The position numbers and the translations under genes were made by a program. DNA of 64,000 nucleotides, taken from positions 92,442,001 through 92,506,000 of the forward strand of contig NC_043000.1 of NCBI RefSeq assembly GCF_006345805.1, in the 5' to 3' direction. Source of the DNA: Octopus sinensis. Its lineage: Eukaryota. Shown piece after piece: positions 1 through 14,054 of the stretch. Numbering within the stretch: the stretch's first letter is position 1; each line of letters begins with the position of its first letter. Under the pieces are notes generated by a model. It was given only the letters and a program-made list of their open reading frames with translations. It was not told where the DNA came from and searched no databases.

Positions 1-18
1 TATATATATATATAAATG

Positions 19-235
19 TGTGTGTATGTTTGTGTGTCTTGTTTTGTCCCCCTAGCATTGCTTGACAACCGATGCTGGTGTGTTTATGTCCCGTTACTTA
101 GCGGTTCGGCAAAAGATACGATAGAATAAGTACTGGGCTTACCAAAGAATAAGTCCGGGGTCGAGTTGCTCATTAAAGGCGGTGCTCCAGCATGGCCGCA
201 GTCAAATGACTGAAACAAGTAAAAGAGGAAAGAGA
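19..235 (+). mobile_element. SINE family A, 3' half
   Basis: Body and tail ending GGCGGTGCTCCAGCATGGCCGCAGTCAAATGACTGAAACAAGTAAAAGAG; the same sequence recurs more than 10 times in the window. Confidence 0.85.
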
Positions 236-754
236 TATATATATAAATTTTTATCTAGTTTCAGCTCACGAGCTGTGGCCATGCTGGGTACATATATACA
301 TACAAAGAGAAACAAAGTATATCATACAAACACAACTGTAAAAGAAATAAAATAAAATATAGATGACAGTGGCAGGGGCAACAGCACCGCTCCGGCTCCC
401 TACATTCATAAAAGAAATTTTAAAAGAGAGCAGAAGAATAAGAAGGAAATATATACATATATATTATCACTATTACAATTATTATTATTATATGTATATA
501 TAAACACATACACATGCATATACACTTGTGCATATATATATTTCAACATGTGAGTGCGTATAAATATATATATATACATACATACATATATATATATATA
601 CACACACACATTGCACAACAAATATATAAACACATATATATATATATTCATATTTATACATATATGTATATATATATATGTATATAGGCATATGTATATC
701 TATATATGTATATGGCATATGTATATATATATATATATTATATATATATATATG

Positions 755-832
<78 letters not shown>

Positions 833-1255
833 TTATATATATATATTTATATATATATAATATATATATATATATATTATCTATTTATTTATTTATTTAG
901 AGACGGAAAGAAATATAGAAAAAGCTGCTACTCAACGACAAATGGAATGTAAAACTCCGGAGCAACAGTTTTTGTTATATTTCTGCTGCTTTTAAATAAA
1001 GCATATTACTCTACCTCTGTATTTGAGTACTCATTTTTTCCACGTTGTTTCACATTTATGTGCTTACTCCGGTATATATATATTCATACACACTCATGAG
1101 TTGAAATACATGTATGCAATAAAGGTATATGTATGTGTGTGTTTATATATACATACTAAGAAAGTATATAGACATATAAAGTGTATATTGTATGTATATA
1201 TATATATATATTATATATATATATAATATATATATATATATATAATTATATATAT

Positions 1256-1294
<39 letters not shown>

Positions 1295-1368
1295 ACATAT
1301 ATGTATATAACTGTAAATGTATATATATATGTATACATGATGAATGTATATGTGTATATATAAATTTA

Positions 1369-1407
<39 letters not shown>

Positions 1408-2010
1408 CAATAATAATTCTCTAAAAGAGATATAGACAGTATATATATATTTACACACACACACACACATATATGTATACACAAACACATACACAGATAT
1501 ACACAAACACACACACACATACGCACACACACTCATTGAGACACATGCATTTATACAAAATGTACATACATTAATACATAGACATGAATCTTGTCACACA
1601 TCTTCCACTTAATGCTAGCTTACAATAATAGTTAACAACAGAGTTAGATGGAAATCGGCAAGTTAGGTAGAAGTTAACAAAGGAAATCAAAAAGGTAAAA
1701 CAAAAGAGAAAGAACGTATATCTTACAAACACAACTGTAAAAGAAATAATGTAAGATATAGATGACAGTGGCAGGGGCAACAGCACCCACTCCGGCTCCC
1801 TACATTCATAAAAGAAATTTTGAAAGTGAGCAGAGAATAAGAAGGAAATATATACATATATATTATCACTATTGCAATTATTATTACCATCATCATCATC
1901 ATTAATTTTATTATTACTTATATGTGTGTGTGTATATATATATATGTATGTATGTATCTCTATATACGCATGGATATATGTTGTATGTATACCTGCATTA
2001 CATATGTATA

Positions 2011-2049
<39 letters not shown>

Positions 2050-2938
2050 GTATATATATACATATTATATATATATACACACACACACACTATATCATAT
2101 AATATAATATATGTATATATATAATATGTATATATATATATTTATATATATATGTATGTATGTGTGTGTATGTATCTTTGTATACATTTATACATGTATA
2201 TCACGTTTATATTATATATGCAGGTATATATGCACATATATATTAGTATGTATATATATATTTATAAATATATTATAAAACTATATTATATATATATGTT
2301 ATATATATATATAATATATATATATTATATATATACTCACATATACATATATATGCATGCATACATACATAAATGCATACATATATATACGTACATACAT
2401 ACATACATTCATACATACATCCATCCACACATACATGCATATATATTTAATATAGAATAAATGAAAGTGATATTTATTTTACAGTGAAGCACTGAAAATA
2501 AATTTTACTTGCTGGAAAATTGTTGTAATTTTTTTCTCCTATAAATAAACTTTCATTTATTTCGCCCCCACCAAAAAAAATTTTTGGAAGGGTTGTATTC
2601 TTTATTTGCAGTTTTAAAAGAATTAATTTTCTTTTTCTTTTAAAGTTAGCTCTTTGGTTGTTGCTATTTTCTTTTTCTTTTTTTGTCTTCTTTTCTTTCA
2701 TTTCAACTGACATGAACAATAAGAAGGAAAATAATTTGGAATAATTTGTATAATTAGAGAGTACATACTCACACACACACACACATACACAGTGAAACAC
2801 ATGCAAATACATATGCAGGCACATACAATAACGAATAGATATTCAGCAAGATGATGAACACTTTGTACATAACTGTAAAACAATAGAGCAACTGTCACTC
2901 ATTTCTTTTCATCTCTGTATATCTATAAATAACTCTGT

Positions 2939-3014
<76 letters not shown>

Positions 3015-3043
3015 ATCTATCTATCTATATATAAATATATGGT

Positions 3044-3106
<63 letters not shown>

Positions 3107-3126
3107 CACTCACACACATATATTTA

Positions 3127-3512
3127 TAGGCGTAACTGTTGGGTAAGGAGCTTGCTTCCCAATCACACGGTTCCAAGTTCAATCCCACTGCATGGCACCC
3201 TGGTCAAGTATCTTCTACTATAATCTTGGGTCAACCAAAGCCTTGTGAGTGGATTTGGTAAATGGAAACTGAAAGAAGCCCGTTGTGTATATATATATAT
3301 ATATATATATTGTGTCTGTGTTTGTTTCTCTCCCATCGATTGATAACCGATGTTGGTATGTTTACGTACCTGTAACTTAGTAGTTTGATAAAAGAGACTG
3401 ATAGAATAAGTACTAGGCTTACAAAGAATAAGTCTTGGAGTCAACATGCTTGACTAAAGGCGGTGCTCCAGCATGGCCACAGTCAAATGACTGAAACAAA
3501 TAAAAGACAAAA
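3127..3512 (+). mobile_element. SINE family A, near full length (tRNA-like head, central TA microsatellite, LINE-like tail)
   Basis: Degenerate pol III A/B boxes, then CACCCTGGTCAAGTATCTTCTACTATA, (TA)n and the family tail. Confidence 0.85.
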
Positions 3513-3623
3513 GAATGAAGGAATACATATCCATATCTATATATCTATATCTATATATACACAAGACACACACTCACACACACACACACATACACACACA
3601 CACACACACAAAACACATACATA

Positions 3624-3955
3624 GGTGTAGGCATGTGGCTAAGTGGTTAGGGAATTTGGCTCACGATCATAAGGTCATGAATTCGATTCCTGGTGTTACA
3701 TTCTGTCCTTGAGCAAGACACTTAATTTCTTATTGCTCCAGTCCATTTAGCTGTCAAAAATGATCTGTACTTGTAATTCAATGGGCCGACCCTGTCATTT
3801 TCTACATCATGCTGAATCTTACTGACAACTATGTTACAGGTATGCATGACATGAATGCTCAGCAACGTGCATGGTAATTTCGAAAGCAAGCTCTTTGGCT
3901 GATCAAGTCAACTGGAACATTTCTGATAACTTTCAACAAAGAGCCAGCTCATATA
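3624..3955 (+). mobile_element. tRNA-derived SINE family C
   Basis: A box TGGCTAAGTGG, B box GAATTCGATTCC, then GTCCTTGAGCAAGACACTT; related copies at about 25670, 44830, 49690-50045(-) and 58550. Confidence 0.75.
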
Positions 3956-4018
3956 TGTCTAAATACATACATATATATGCACACATTCATTTAATGAACC
4001 TCAAAAATATATATTTAA

Positions 4019-4550
4019 CTAGCAGTATCGCCCGGTGTTGCTCGGGTTTGTAAGGGAAATAACTATATAAGCATTTTTAGAGAGTTATAGCAAAAAAATG
4101 CATTAAAAATGGAATAAAAAATGATGATAATTTGTTTTTTAAATCGTTGACTCAGTGTCTTCAAGCCATGAAGTCCTTGTTCTAAAAGAACGCTGGTTTC
4201 CTTGACAACGCTTTACTACGTGGATTTCCTTACACTCCCTTCCCCACAGCTTCACGAGGGAGGGAAGAAGGGGGAGAAGCAAACAGGTGCAGGTGTGACC
4301 GTGGACGCCAACTCCGCCGCCATCGACACACGAAAAATTATGCATTAAAATGGAATAAAAAATGATGTTAAATTATTTTTAAAATCGTAGACTCATCGTA
4401 GATGCACGCTAATACTCAGACGGGCTCGATATGAATCACGACTATAAGATACCCGAATTTGGTTAAACTGCACCACAAAATGTGGGAGTAGTTAGGAATC
4501 TAAATCGAAGGGGACAGACACTCACACAACTACAGTTTTATATATATAGA
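4019..4550 (-). mobile_element. Non-autonomous Helitron
   Basis: Minus strand reads A|TCTATATATATAAAAC...CCCGAGCAACACCGGG hairpin...GATACTG-CTAG|T: TC start, subterminal hairpin, CTAG end, AT target, no TSD. Confidence 0.8.
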
Positions 4551-4837
4551 TGTGTCTGTCAATCAATAATCATCATCTCCATTAACTATCTTCTTATCTC
4601 TATCTGTATAAATATATATATAATAACAAAGGGTAAAATTGATTAATTAAGAAGTAATCAGTAATTTCACCAAGTAGAATTCCGCATGTATATATATATA
4701 CATACACACATATACATACACACATACACACAAACACACACACACACATACACACAAACACACACACACATACACACAAACACCACACACATACACACAA
4801 ACACACACACATATATATATACATATGTATACATATG

Positions 4838-4990
4838 ATAGGCTTCTTTCAGTTTCTGTCTACCAAATCCACTCACAAGATTTTGGTCATCCCAAGGCTA
4901 TAGCAGAAGTCACTTGCCTAAGATACCATGCAGTGGGACAGAACCTGGAACCATGTGGTTGGGAAGCAAATTTCTTACCACACAGCCACA
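4838..4990 (-). mobile_element. SINE family A, 5' half
   Basis: Reverse complement of the tRNA head and body of family A. Confidence 0.75.
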
Positions 4991-5622
4991 ATTCTTTTAA
5001 AATGTAGAAGGTACGTGTGTGTTCTTATAATAAAAGACATGTGGTCAATATATGTGTTATCTGTGTCTGTAAACCAATGGAGGTCTGCCTCCTGCCTTGC
5101 TGCTTGTCTAGAATTCTTTACTGGTCACCAGGTGTGGTTTTCTTGGTATTTAATAGCAAACAAGTCAGCAGATGGTGAACATTGCTCTTTTTTTGCTTTG
5201 TTTCGTTTTTTTGTTTTCTCTTCAGCTCTGTTTCCCCTATTTTCCTTAAAAAGACAAATAAATGATAGCTTTAAAATCATGAAAATAAAATAGAAATTGA
5301 TAAATAAATATAGCATGAAAATAGCGTAACATAAAATACTTATGCATGTACTAATACACTCACAAATACACAGTCAAATTCCAACAGAGATACATGTAGA
5401 TAAAGTTAAAGAAAGGAAGGTTTATCTATCCTTTTTCTGTTTTCCTTGTGGAATTGTGAAAATAAAGTAAAATAAAATAAAAAAATTTTAAATGTTAGAT
5501 GTCAGAATTCGTCAAAAAGGTAAACACTACAATACAATTCACTACCCAACTCCCACAAAAAAAAATGTGGGAGAGGGGTTCACAGAAACCAAAAAAAAAA
5601 GGAAAACAGAAAATAGTACCAC

Positions 5623-5660
<38 letters not shown>

Positions 5661-6575
5661 TAATAATAATAATGATAATAATGATGATGATGATGATAAG
5701 AGTAATAATAATATTAATAATAATAATAGTAATAATAATAATAATAATATTAATAATAATAATAGTAATAATAATAATAATAGCATATTTCATTACTTCA
5801 CTATAAAAAAGACAATTGCTTCCATATGTCAATGGTGATGATAACATAGATGATACTGATGATGGTGATGATGATCATGGCCTGAATGGTATTCAGGACA
5901 CTGGAGTAGAATGAATAAGATGTTTAACATTTTTTGAAAAATTTGTTTATTTATTTTTGCCCCATTCCCATATACACTCCAGATAAAATAATGTCTATAT
6001 CATATTTTTAAAAATTTATTTAGCATTTTTTTTCTTTTTGTTAGAGGAGGGGACAAAACTGTTACAATTGGAATTGGAAATGCAATCTCTCTCTCACAAC
6101 AACAACAACAATAATAACAAAATAGTAAAATACCTCAGATTTGGCAAACATATTGAAAAACCTGAAAAATGACATCTGACTTCCATATTGTAGAGAGTCC
6201 TCTTCAATACATAGAGGCAAACAATACATACACACATAAACATACTTATATGTGTGTGTGTGTATGTACATGTATATATTTGTGTGTGTGAATGTGTGTG
6301 TGTGTGTGTGTGTTGTTTATGTATATAAATACCTATGCGTGTATAATATATGTGTGTGAGTTTGGTAATCTTATATATGTATATATGGTATGAGTATATA
6401 TATATATATATATACACACACATATATGTACATATACACACACATAATTATATAAAGATGTATATGTATATATACATGTATATTTTTGATGTCCACTTTT
6501 CTATGCTTACATGGACTATATATATATACATCATCATCATCATCGTTTAACATCCGTTTTCCACGCTAGCACGGG

Positions 6576-6608
<33 letters not shown>

Positions 6609-7162
6609 ATCTATCTATATATATATATAAATATCTATATATATATGTATATTTGTATATATAAATATATATATATTTATATATATGCGTATATATATAT
6701 TTATATATATATGTGGTGGTGTGTGTGTGTGTGTATTTATATATATATATACACATATATATATTTACATATACATATACATTTATGCATGTGTGTGTGC
6801 ATATTATCATTGTTGTTATTGTTGTTTGTTATTCTCGCAGTTATTTTCTAGCAAAGATTATTTGACATTTTAATGCTCTTAATCACACAACTGCAACACC
6901 AGACACATATATTACTGTGAAAAATCTGAAATGGTCGGTGGTTTCTTTTTGCCTGAGTAACCCTCTCCCTTGCCTGGATGCCTGGATATTCATAATAACC
7001 TGAATTAGACTCATGCATAACAGTTTCACTAGTGCATGACATTGCATAACATGATATGTATGTATCTATCTATTTATCTACGTACCTACCCACATAATAT
7101 TATATATGTATATTTATATATATATATTATATATATATATATATACATACATACAGATATAT

Positions 7163-7204
<42 letters not shown>

Positions 7205-7286
7205 CGTACATACATACAGATATATTATACATATATATGTGTGAGAGTGTGTGTGTATACATATAGATATATACATGTATATACAT

Positions 7287-7323
<37 letters not shown>

Positions 7324-7695
7324 CATGCATTCACATATATATATATAATGTATACATACATGAATGCATATATATATATATACAGATAGATAGATAAATA
7401 GAGAGATATGTATAGTGTGTATGTTTGTGTCTGTTTTTATATGTAAGTGTTTATATCTTTTTATATCCATTCATCTGAGCATATATATATATATATATAA
7501 TATATATATATATATATAATATATATGCATGTATGTATGCATATAGATAGATCAGTAAACTGCCAGACAGTACAGACAGAGACATATTGATACATGCATA
7601 CATACATATATATATATGTTTATGTATATACATTATGAAATTGATAGATTGCTAGAGAGGCAGATAGATAGATAAATAGATAGGCAGACAGGCAA

Positions 7696-7768
<73 letters not shown>

Positions 7769-8388
7769 GAGATAGATAGATAGATAGATAGATAGATATG
7801 CAGGTTTCTTTCAGGTGCATATAATTATATATCCCTCCATTTTCTGCTCCAGGAAATAAATCTGTTAGGCTTTTAGCCATTCTTAGTCTAGGAGTTGGTC
7901 AAGAAATGCACTTTGTTATGTGCAAGCACAGTAAATCCCCTTCCAGTTTCTGATGAGCTTAACCATATCTTGAAGAAGTATTCCAGCCATAATCAATCAT
8001 TCTGTCTCTATGCTAAACACACATACACACACACACAGATATGTATATATGCATATATAATTTATGTGTGTGTGTATATATATGTATATATATATATATA
8101 TATATATAAATATATACATATATATATTATATATATATGTGTGTGTGTATATATATGTACATATATATATATATGCATGCATAGAAGATGGATGTTAAAG
8201 AATGATGATGATGATATGCATATATATATATACATACATAAATATATAACTTTATATTCATATACCTAAACACACACACATACATATATATATGTTTGCT
8301 TATATACATAACACATAGATAGATATACATATACATGCATGCATATATATATATCTAATATAAGTCTATATATGTATATATATATATG

Positions 8389-8431
<43 letters not shown>

Positions 8432-9046
8432 ATGTATATATAATATATGTACATATACATATATATGTATATATATGTATATATAATATATATATATATA
8501 TATATATTCATATATATATATTCAATAGACATATATGCCTACTATATGTATATTTATGTATATATATATGTAATAATAGCGTAAATGAAAATTTAAAAGT
8601 TCTTGAATTGGGAACGAGATTATTCTAATGCATTTGTTAAGTAGATGGAGAAGTGGGTTTGACTTTTTTTCCTTTTGCTTTGTCTGTTTTGATATATTCT
8701 CTCTCTTTGCCCTGCATTCTATCTTCCTATTTCCTTTCAGTATCTGTGTTTTTCTCTGTGCATGTGTGTATATGTGAATGAATGTGTGTGTGTGTGAGTG
8801 CTTGTGTCTGTGTATGTCTGTCCCTTTCATCGGTAGTTTTATATATTTTTGTTTCTGTATCAGCATCATGGAGATCATTATGACAAATTTAATTATTTGA
8901 AACTCGGAGCATTTGCTATTATTATAAGTAAATGGCTTGCCTGTAGATTGTATACTATTGTATACCTGTTCTTTGTTTATTATTTTTCCATGTAAAGTTT
9001 ACTCTGCAAAAACAAAAAAAAGTAAACAGTAAAAAATGTCAAATAT

Positions 9047-9855
9047 TATTTTCTACTCTAGGCACAAGGCCCGAAATTTTGGGAAAGGAGGCCAGTCGAT
9101 TAGATTAGCCACAGTACACAACAGGTACTTAATTTGTCAACCCCGAAATCATGAAAGGCAAAGTAGACCTTGGTAGAATTTGAACTCAGAATGTAAAGAC
9201 AGATGAAATACGGCTAAGCATTTCGCCCACTGTGCTAACGATTCTTTTTTCTTTATTGCCCACATGAGGCTAAATGTAGAGGGGACAAACAAGTGCATAA
9301 CTAGTACTTAATCTATCGACCCTGAAAGGATGAAGTCGACCTTGGTGGAATTTGAACTCAGAATGTTAAGACAGACGAAATACTGCTCAGCATTTTGCCC
9401 AGCGTGCTAACGATTCTGCCAGCTCACCACCTTAAAGAAAATTGTAAAATGTTCTTTTCTACTCCAGGCACAAGGACTGAAAGTTTGGGGGAGGGGGGCC
9501 AGTCAATTAGATAGACCCCAGTACGCAACTGGTACTAAATTTATTGACCCCTGAAAGGATGAAAGGCAAAGGTCAACCTCGGTAGAATTTGACCTCAGAT
9601 GGTAAATACAGACGAAATACCTATTTCTTTACTACCCACAAGGGGCTAAACACAGAGAGGACAAACAAGGACAGACAAACAGATAAAGTCGATTATATCG
9701 ACCCCAGTGCATAACTGGTACTTATTTCATCAACCCTGAAAGGAGGAAAGGCAAAGTTGACCTCGGCGGAATTTGAACTCAGAACATAGTGGCAGACAAA
9801 ATACCGCTAAGCATTTCGCCCGGCATGCTAACATTTCTGCCAGCTCACCACCTTA
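9047..9855 (-). mobile_element. Four head-to-tail SINE family B monomers (two dimers)
   Basis: Repeated minus-strand GAGCTGGCAGAATCGTTAGCAC...GAGTTCAAATTCC...TTTGCCTTTCATCCTTTC-GGGGTCGATAA; two alternating tail types. Confidence 0.85.
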
Positions 9856-10373
9856 AAGAAAAATGTAAAATATTGAAATAGTAAAAGGTAGAAAACGTTT
9901 AATAGCCTTTCTATATTTCAAGTAGAAAGGTCCATATAGATAGATATGTAGATAGAGATTCATTTCTGTGAGGGCGGTGTGTGTGTGTGTGTTTGTGTGT
10001 ATTTGCATGTGTGTGTGTGTGTGCATGTATGAAAGTTAGTATCTGCATAAGCTTATACCATTTAAAGTCAGTGATGTTTTTGGTATACCTGTATTCAGCA
10101 TTTCCATAAATACATATTGATAAAAATAAATATGTACAAAAGAAAAAATAATCACTATGGTCGATATGCTTGAATAAAACCTTAGAGGTGGTGCCTCAGG
10201 ATGACTACCATCCAATAACCAGTAAAGTAAAGTGAATGAAAGAATATATGTACCATAGTGAATTTTGAATAATTATTTATCGGTGTTATGAATTATAAAA
10301 ATAATATAAAAGTTGTATCTCAAATACTTTATGTCCTCATAGCTTGGAGCATGACACAAAAAGAAATATATAT

Positions 10374-10765
10374 ATAGGCATAGGAGTGGCTGTGTGGTAA
10401 GTAGCTTGCTTACCAACCACATGGTTCTGGGTTCACTCTCACTGCATGCAACCTTCGGTGAGTGTCTTCTACAATAGCCTTGTGAGTGGATTTGGTAGAT
10501 GGAAACTGAAAGAAGCCCATTGTATATATATGTACATATATATGTATGTGTATGCATATGCTTGTGTGTCTGTGTTTGTCCACCCAACATCGCTTGACAA
10601 CGGATGCTGGTGTGTTTACATCCCTGTAACTTAGCGGTTGGGCAAAAGGATCCAATAGAATGAGTACTAGGCTTACAAAGAATAAGTCTGGGGGTGGATT
10701 AGCTCGACTAAGGGCAGTGCTCCAGTATGACTACAGTCAAGCAAGTAAAAGAGTAAAAGAATAAG
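10374..10765 (+). mobile_element. SINE family A, full length
   Basis: A box TGGCTGTGTGG (10387-10397), B-box-like GGTTCACTCTC (10430-10440), body, microsatellite, tail. Confidence 0.85.
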
Positions 10766-10845
10766 GAATATATATATATATATATCTTTATAAATATGTG
10801 TAGGTGTGTATGAATTATATAGACACGTATATGTGTGTGTATATA

Positions 10846-12134
10846 CAGGGTGGGGAAGCAAAATTTACAATATTTTAAGGCAGGGATTAAAAGACAGTAT
10901 ATGACCAATTAGTTTATTGAAAGTCATGAGAGTTTATTTGCCACAAGACAATTTACATAATAGAAAATATTCTTATTCTATGTGTTCTCCTTCTTTCTCA
11001 ATAACTGCCTTCACACGCTTCCTGAAACTTGCACAGGTGTTCCTCAAATATTCGGGAGAAAACTTCTCCCATTCTTCTTTAATATTACCTTTAAGAGAGT
11101 CGACATTGCTGTGTGATGTTCTATTGGTAGCATGTTCTAAAGTGCCCCAAATAGCATAATCCAGAGAGTTTAGATTTGGGCTAAAAGGCGGCCATAATCA
11201 TGATTACAAAAAATTCCTAAAGTTGGATTTGCAGAAATCTTGTATTTTTCTAGCTGTGTGGGCTGGAGCACCATCCTGTGTCCATATATAATTACCATCT
11301 GGGTAGTTTGCTTTAAGCCATGGCAATATCTAGTATCTCAGAGTCTTGTAGTAAGTATTAACATTGATCTTTTCATCAGCTTTGTAGAATTTTATAGGCA
11401 TTTACTTTCCATCGGAAGCCATAACACCAAAAGCCATAACTTGAGCAGAATGTTTTGTTTTGAATGTTTCCTCAACCTCAGCTGTTGATTTTGCAATAAA
11501 TCTGTCATATCTGCTGTTCAGAACAGCATTGACAGTGAAGATCTTTTCATCTGAAAAGATCGTTACAATGGAGGACTTTTCTTGAACCATGTAATAATTT
11601 TCTTGCACCTCTCCAATCTCTTTTCCTTCATAGCTGTTGTCAATAAGTGTTTTGGTGTTCTCGTGTAAGATTTTAACCTCAAATCATATTTTATAGCATT
11701 TCTAATGGTCTTGTTGTCTACCCTCAAAGTTCAATTTCCTTTTTCTCATGGATTTGGTTGGATCCTTTAGATTTTGATTGAGAGCTTTAATAAAAGCTTT
11801 GGTACGTTTTTTGTTGATTCCTCAACTTCCAGACTTCCTCGTATAGTTTTTTACTCATAGTCATTCTATTTTTTTACATTATAAACAGTCTTTATGGACA
11901 CTCCAACTATTTTTGAAATCTCCTTTGGTGTGATGAGTGCATTCAGAAAATCACACACTCTTTGACTTTTGCATTCCTGATTACTTATATGGGCAAAAGT
12001 TTCTGAAAAGGTAAGGATAATAGTGTTAGGTATGAGTATGACATCAATATATGCTGGGTTTCAAAACAATTGACTAAGTGCCTCCTGAGAAAAAACAACT
12101 TAACGTTCATTGTAAATTTTGCTTCCCCACCCTG
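10846..12134 (-). mobile_element. Tc1/mariner transposon, DD37D (maT) family, TIR-complete, transposase pseudogenised
   Basis: Perfect 26-bp TIRs CAGGGTGGGGAAGCAAAATTTACAAT (10846-10871 and 12109-12134) with TA TSDs, 1289 bp. Minus-strand motifs FSDEKIFTV, WTQDGAPAHTA and WPPFSPNLNSLDY, with 37 codons between the 2nd and 3rd Asp; in-frame stops and frameshifts. Confidence 0.92.
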
Positions 12135-12217
12135 TATATATATGTGTGTGTATATATATGTATATATATATATATATATATATGTAATATATATATATAT
12201 GTATATATATATATGTG

Positions 12218-12250
<33 letters not shown>

Positions 12251-12310
12251 CAACAATCAAGGAACGCTGGTGGCAAAAAGAATTCTACTTTTTTTTGCCA
12301 CCCTATATTG

Positions 12311-12346
<36 letters not shown>

Positions 12347-12377
12347 GGATAGAATTCACATATCGGTTCCATTCTAG

Positions 12378-12426
12378 CAAAACTGTCCGACGAACGGCAA
12401 CGGGAAACTCAGAGTAACAGGTTTTG
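12378..12426 (+). ncRNA. Hammerhead-like motif (variant core CCGACGA, GUA site)
   Basis: CAAAACTGT-CCGACGA-ACG(GCAA)CGG-GAAA-CTCAGAGTA-ACAGGTTTTG; stem I is 9 bp with one bulge. U4>C and an A.G closing pair are deviations. Confidence 0.5.
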
Positions 12427-12534
12427 TTGAATTTTCTGCTGCTTTAAATAAAGTATATATATATATATATATATACATGAACATATACATGAATACAGAG
12501 TTAAAATTTGGTAGATTGATGTAAATATAAATAT

Positions 12535-12760
12535 ATATTATTTGTTCATCTATTATTTGACTGTGGCCATAGTGGAGCACCACCTAAATGGCTTTTTAGT
12601 TGAACAAAGCGACCTCAGAACTTATTCTTTGTAAACCTAGTACTTATTCTTTTAGTCTCTTTTGCCAAACTGGTAAGTTATGGGGACATAAACACACCAA
12701 CATCGGTTGTCAAGTGATGGTAGGGTGACAAACAAAGACACATTCAAACACACAGGGAGA
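12535..12760 (-). mobile_element. SINE family A, 3' half
   Basis: Reverse complement of the family A tail and body; abuts the truncated Tigger fragment. Confidence 0.8.
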
Positions 12761-12761
12761 G

Positions 12762-13492
12762 ATGCCTTGGGTATGTTCTTCAGGGTACGGGTGTTGTGTG
12801 CATGATATACAAGCAATGGCTTTAACTTAAAATTCCCTGCACAATTACCTCTCAACATAATGGTCACATGTTCTTTTGATACCTTGCAACCTGGAATAGC
12901 TTTCTCCTCCTTGGAAATGAATGAACAGTCCGGCAATTTTTTTCCAATATGATCCAGTTTCATCTACATTAAAAATCTGTTCAGGAAGAAAGCCGTTTTC
13001 TTCAATGATTTTCTTTAAGGCATTAGGAAATTCTGCTGCTGCTTTTTCATCAGCTGATGCGCTTTCACCTTGCTTCATAATGGAGTGATAACTTCTTTAC
13101 TCTTTAAATCTCATGAACCATTCTTGACTTGCCTTGAACTCTACATCTTTCTCATCTGGATATTTTTTCTTCAGGTCCTCAAAGACAATGCTTTCTCTTG
13201 AATGATTTCTTAACTAATAGTAGCATGCTGGTGATTCAACCTAACAATCTAAAGAGAAAGAAGACTTTCCATTTCTTCAAAGATTTTGCCTCTTTTCTTA
13301 TTGATGACAATGTTCTTCATCCCTAGAGCTTCAGACTTGATATGTGCTAAAATCTTGTCCTTATTATGTACAATCGTTGATACAGTTGTCTGCCTGATCC
13401 CAAAAGATCGTGCAACTGCTACCACTTTTCCCCCCTTCCAGCATTATAGCATGTTACTTAGCACTTTCATTATGAATTTTCTTGGGAGTCAT
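12762..13492 (-). pseudogene. Tigger/pogo-like (CENP-B/DDE_1) transposase fragment
   Basis: GCCACCATG start at 13492 (MTPKK), HTH region, QGESASADEKAAAEFP, PEQIFNVDETG, SKEHVTIMLRGNCAGNFKLKPLLVYH; stops and frameshifts; 3' part missing. Confidence 0.88.
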
Positions 13493-14012
13493 GGTGGCAA
13501 AAAATAAAGTTACAAATGAATGAGAATGAGAAAGTAGTTGATAAACAGATGTAAACAAATCTGAATTCAAAGCAATGGAGGGAATCATAAATGACAATGA
13601 TGCCTCATAGCAAATATTGGAATTACAGTCCAATATAAGCTATGAAAGACCAATAAATAAGAAAGCACTGCTGATTTCATTATTTCACTTTATGGTGTCT
13701 ATCTTAACATTTACTGTACGTATTTTAATATGATTTAATAAGCTTTTATTCTTATTTATTGTACGGTAACACGATCTTATGTGCTTTTAATGGTTCTCTA
13801 GTGATTTTACAATTCCAATATTTGTGGCTGACAGATGTACATGCATACATATACATATATATATATATATATGTGGTTGTGTGCGTGTGTATGTGTGTGT
13901 GTGTATGCATGTACATATATATATGTGTGTGTGTGTATATATATATACACACAGTATATATTTATATATATGTATATGTTTGTATATCTATGTATATATC
14001 TATCTATCTATC

Positions 14013-14054
<42 letters not shown>

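Noticed and set aside
3624-3700. Genuine tRNA genes at SINE heads (also near 10381, 44830, 53400, 58560)
   Set aside because: A/B boxes are present but run into shared SINE bodies, without a complete cloverleaf or acceptor stem.
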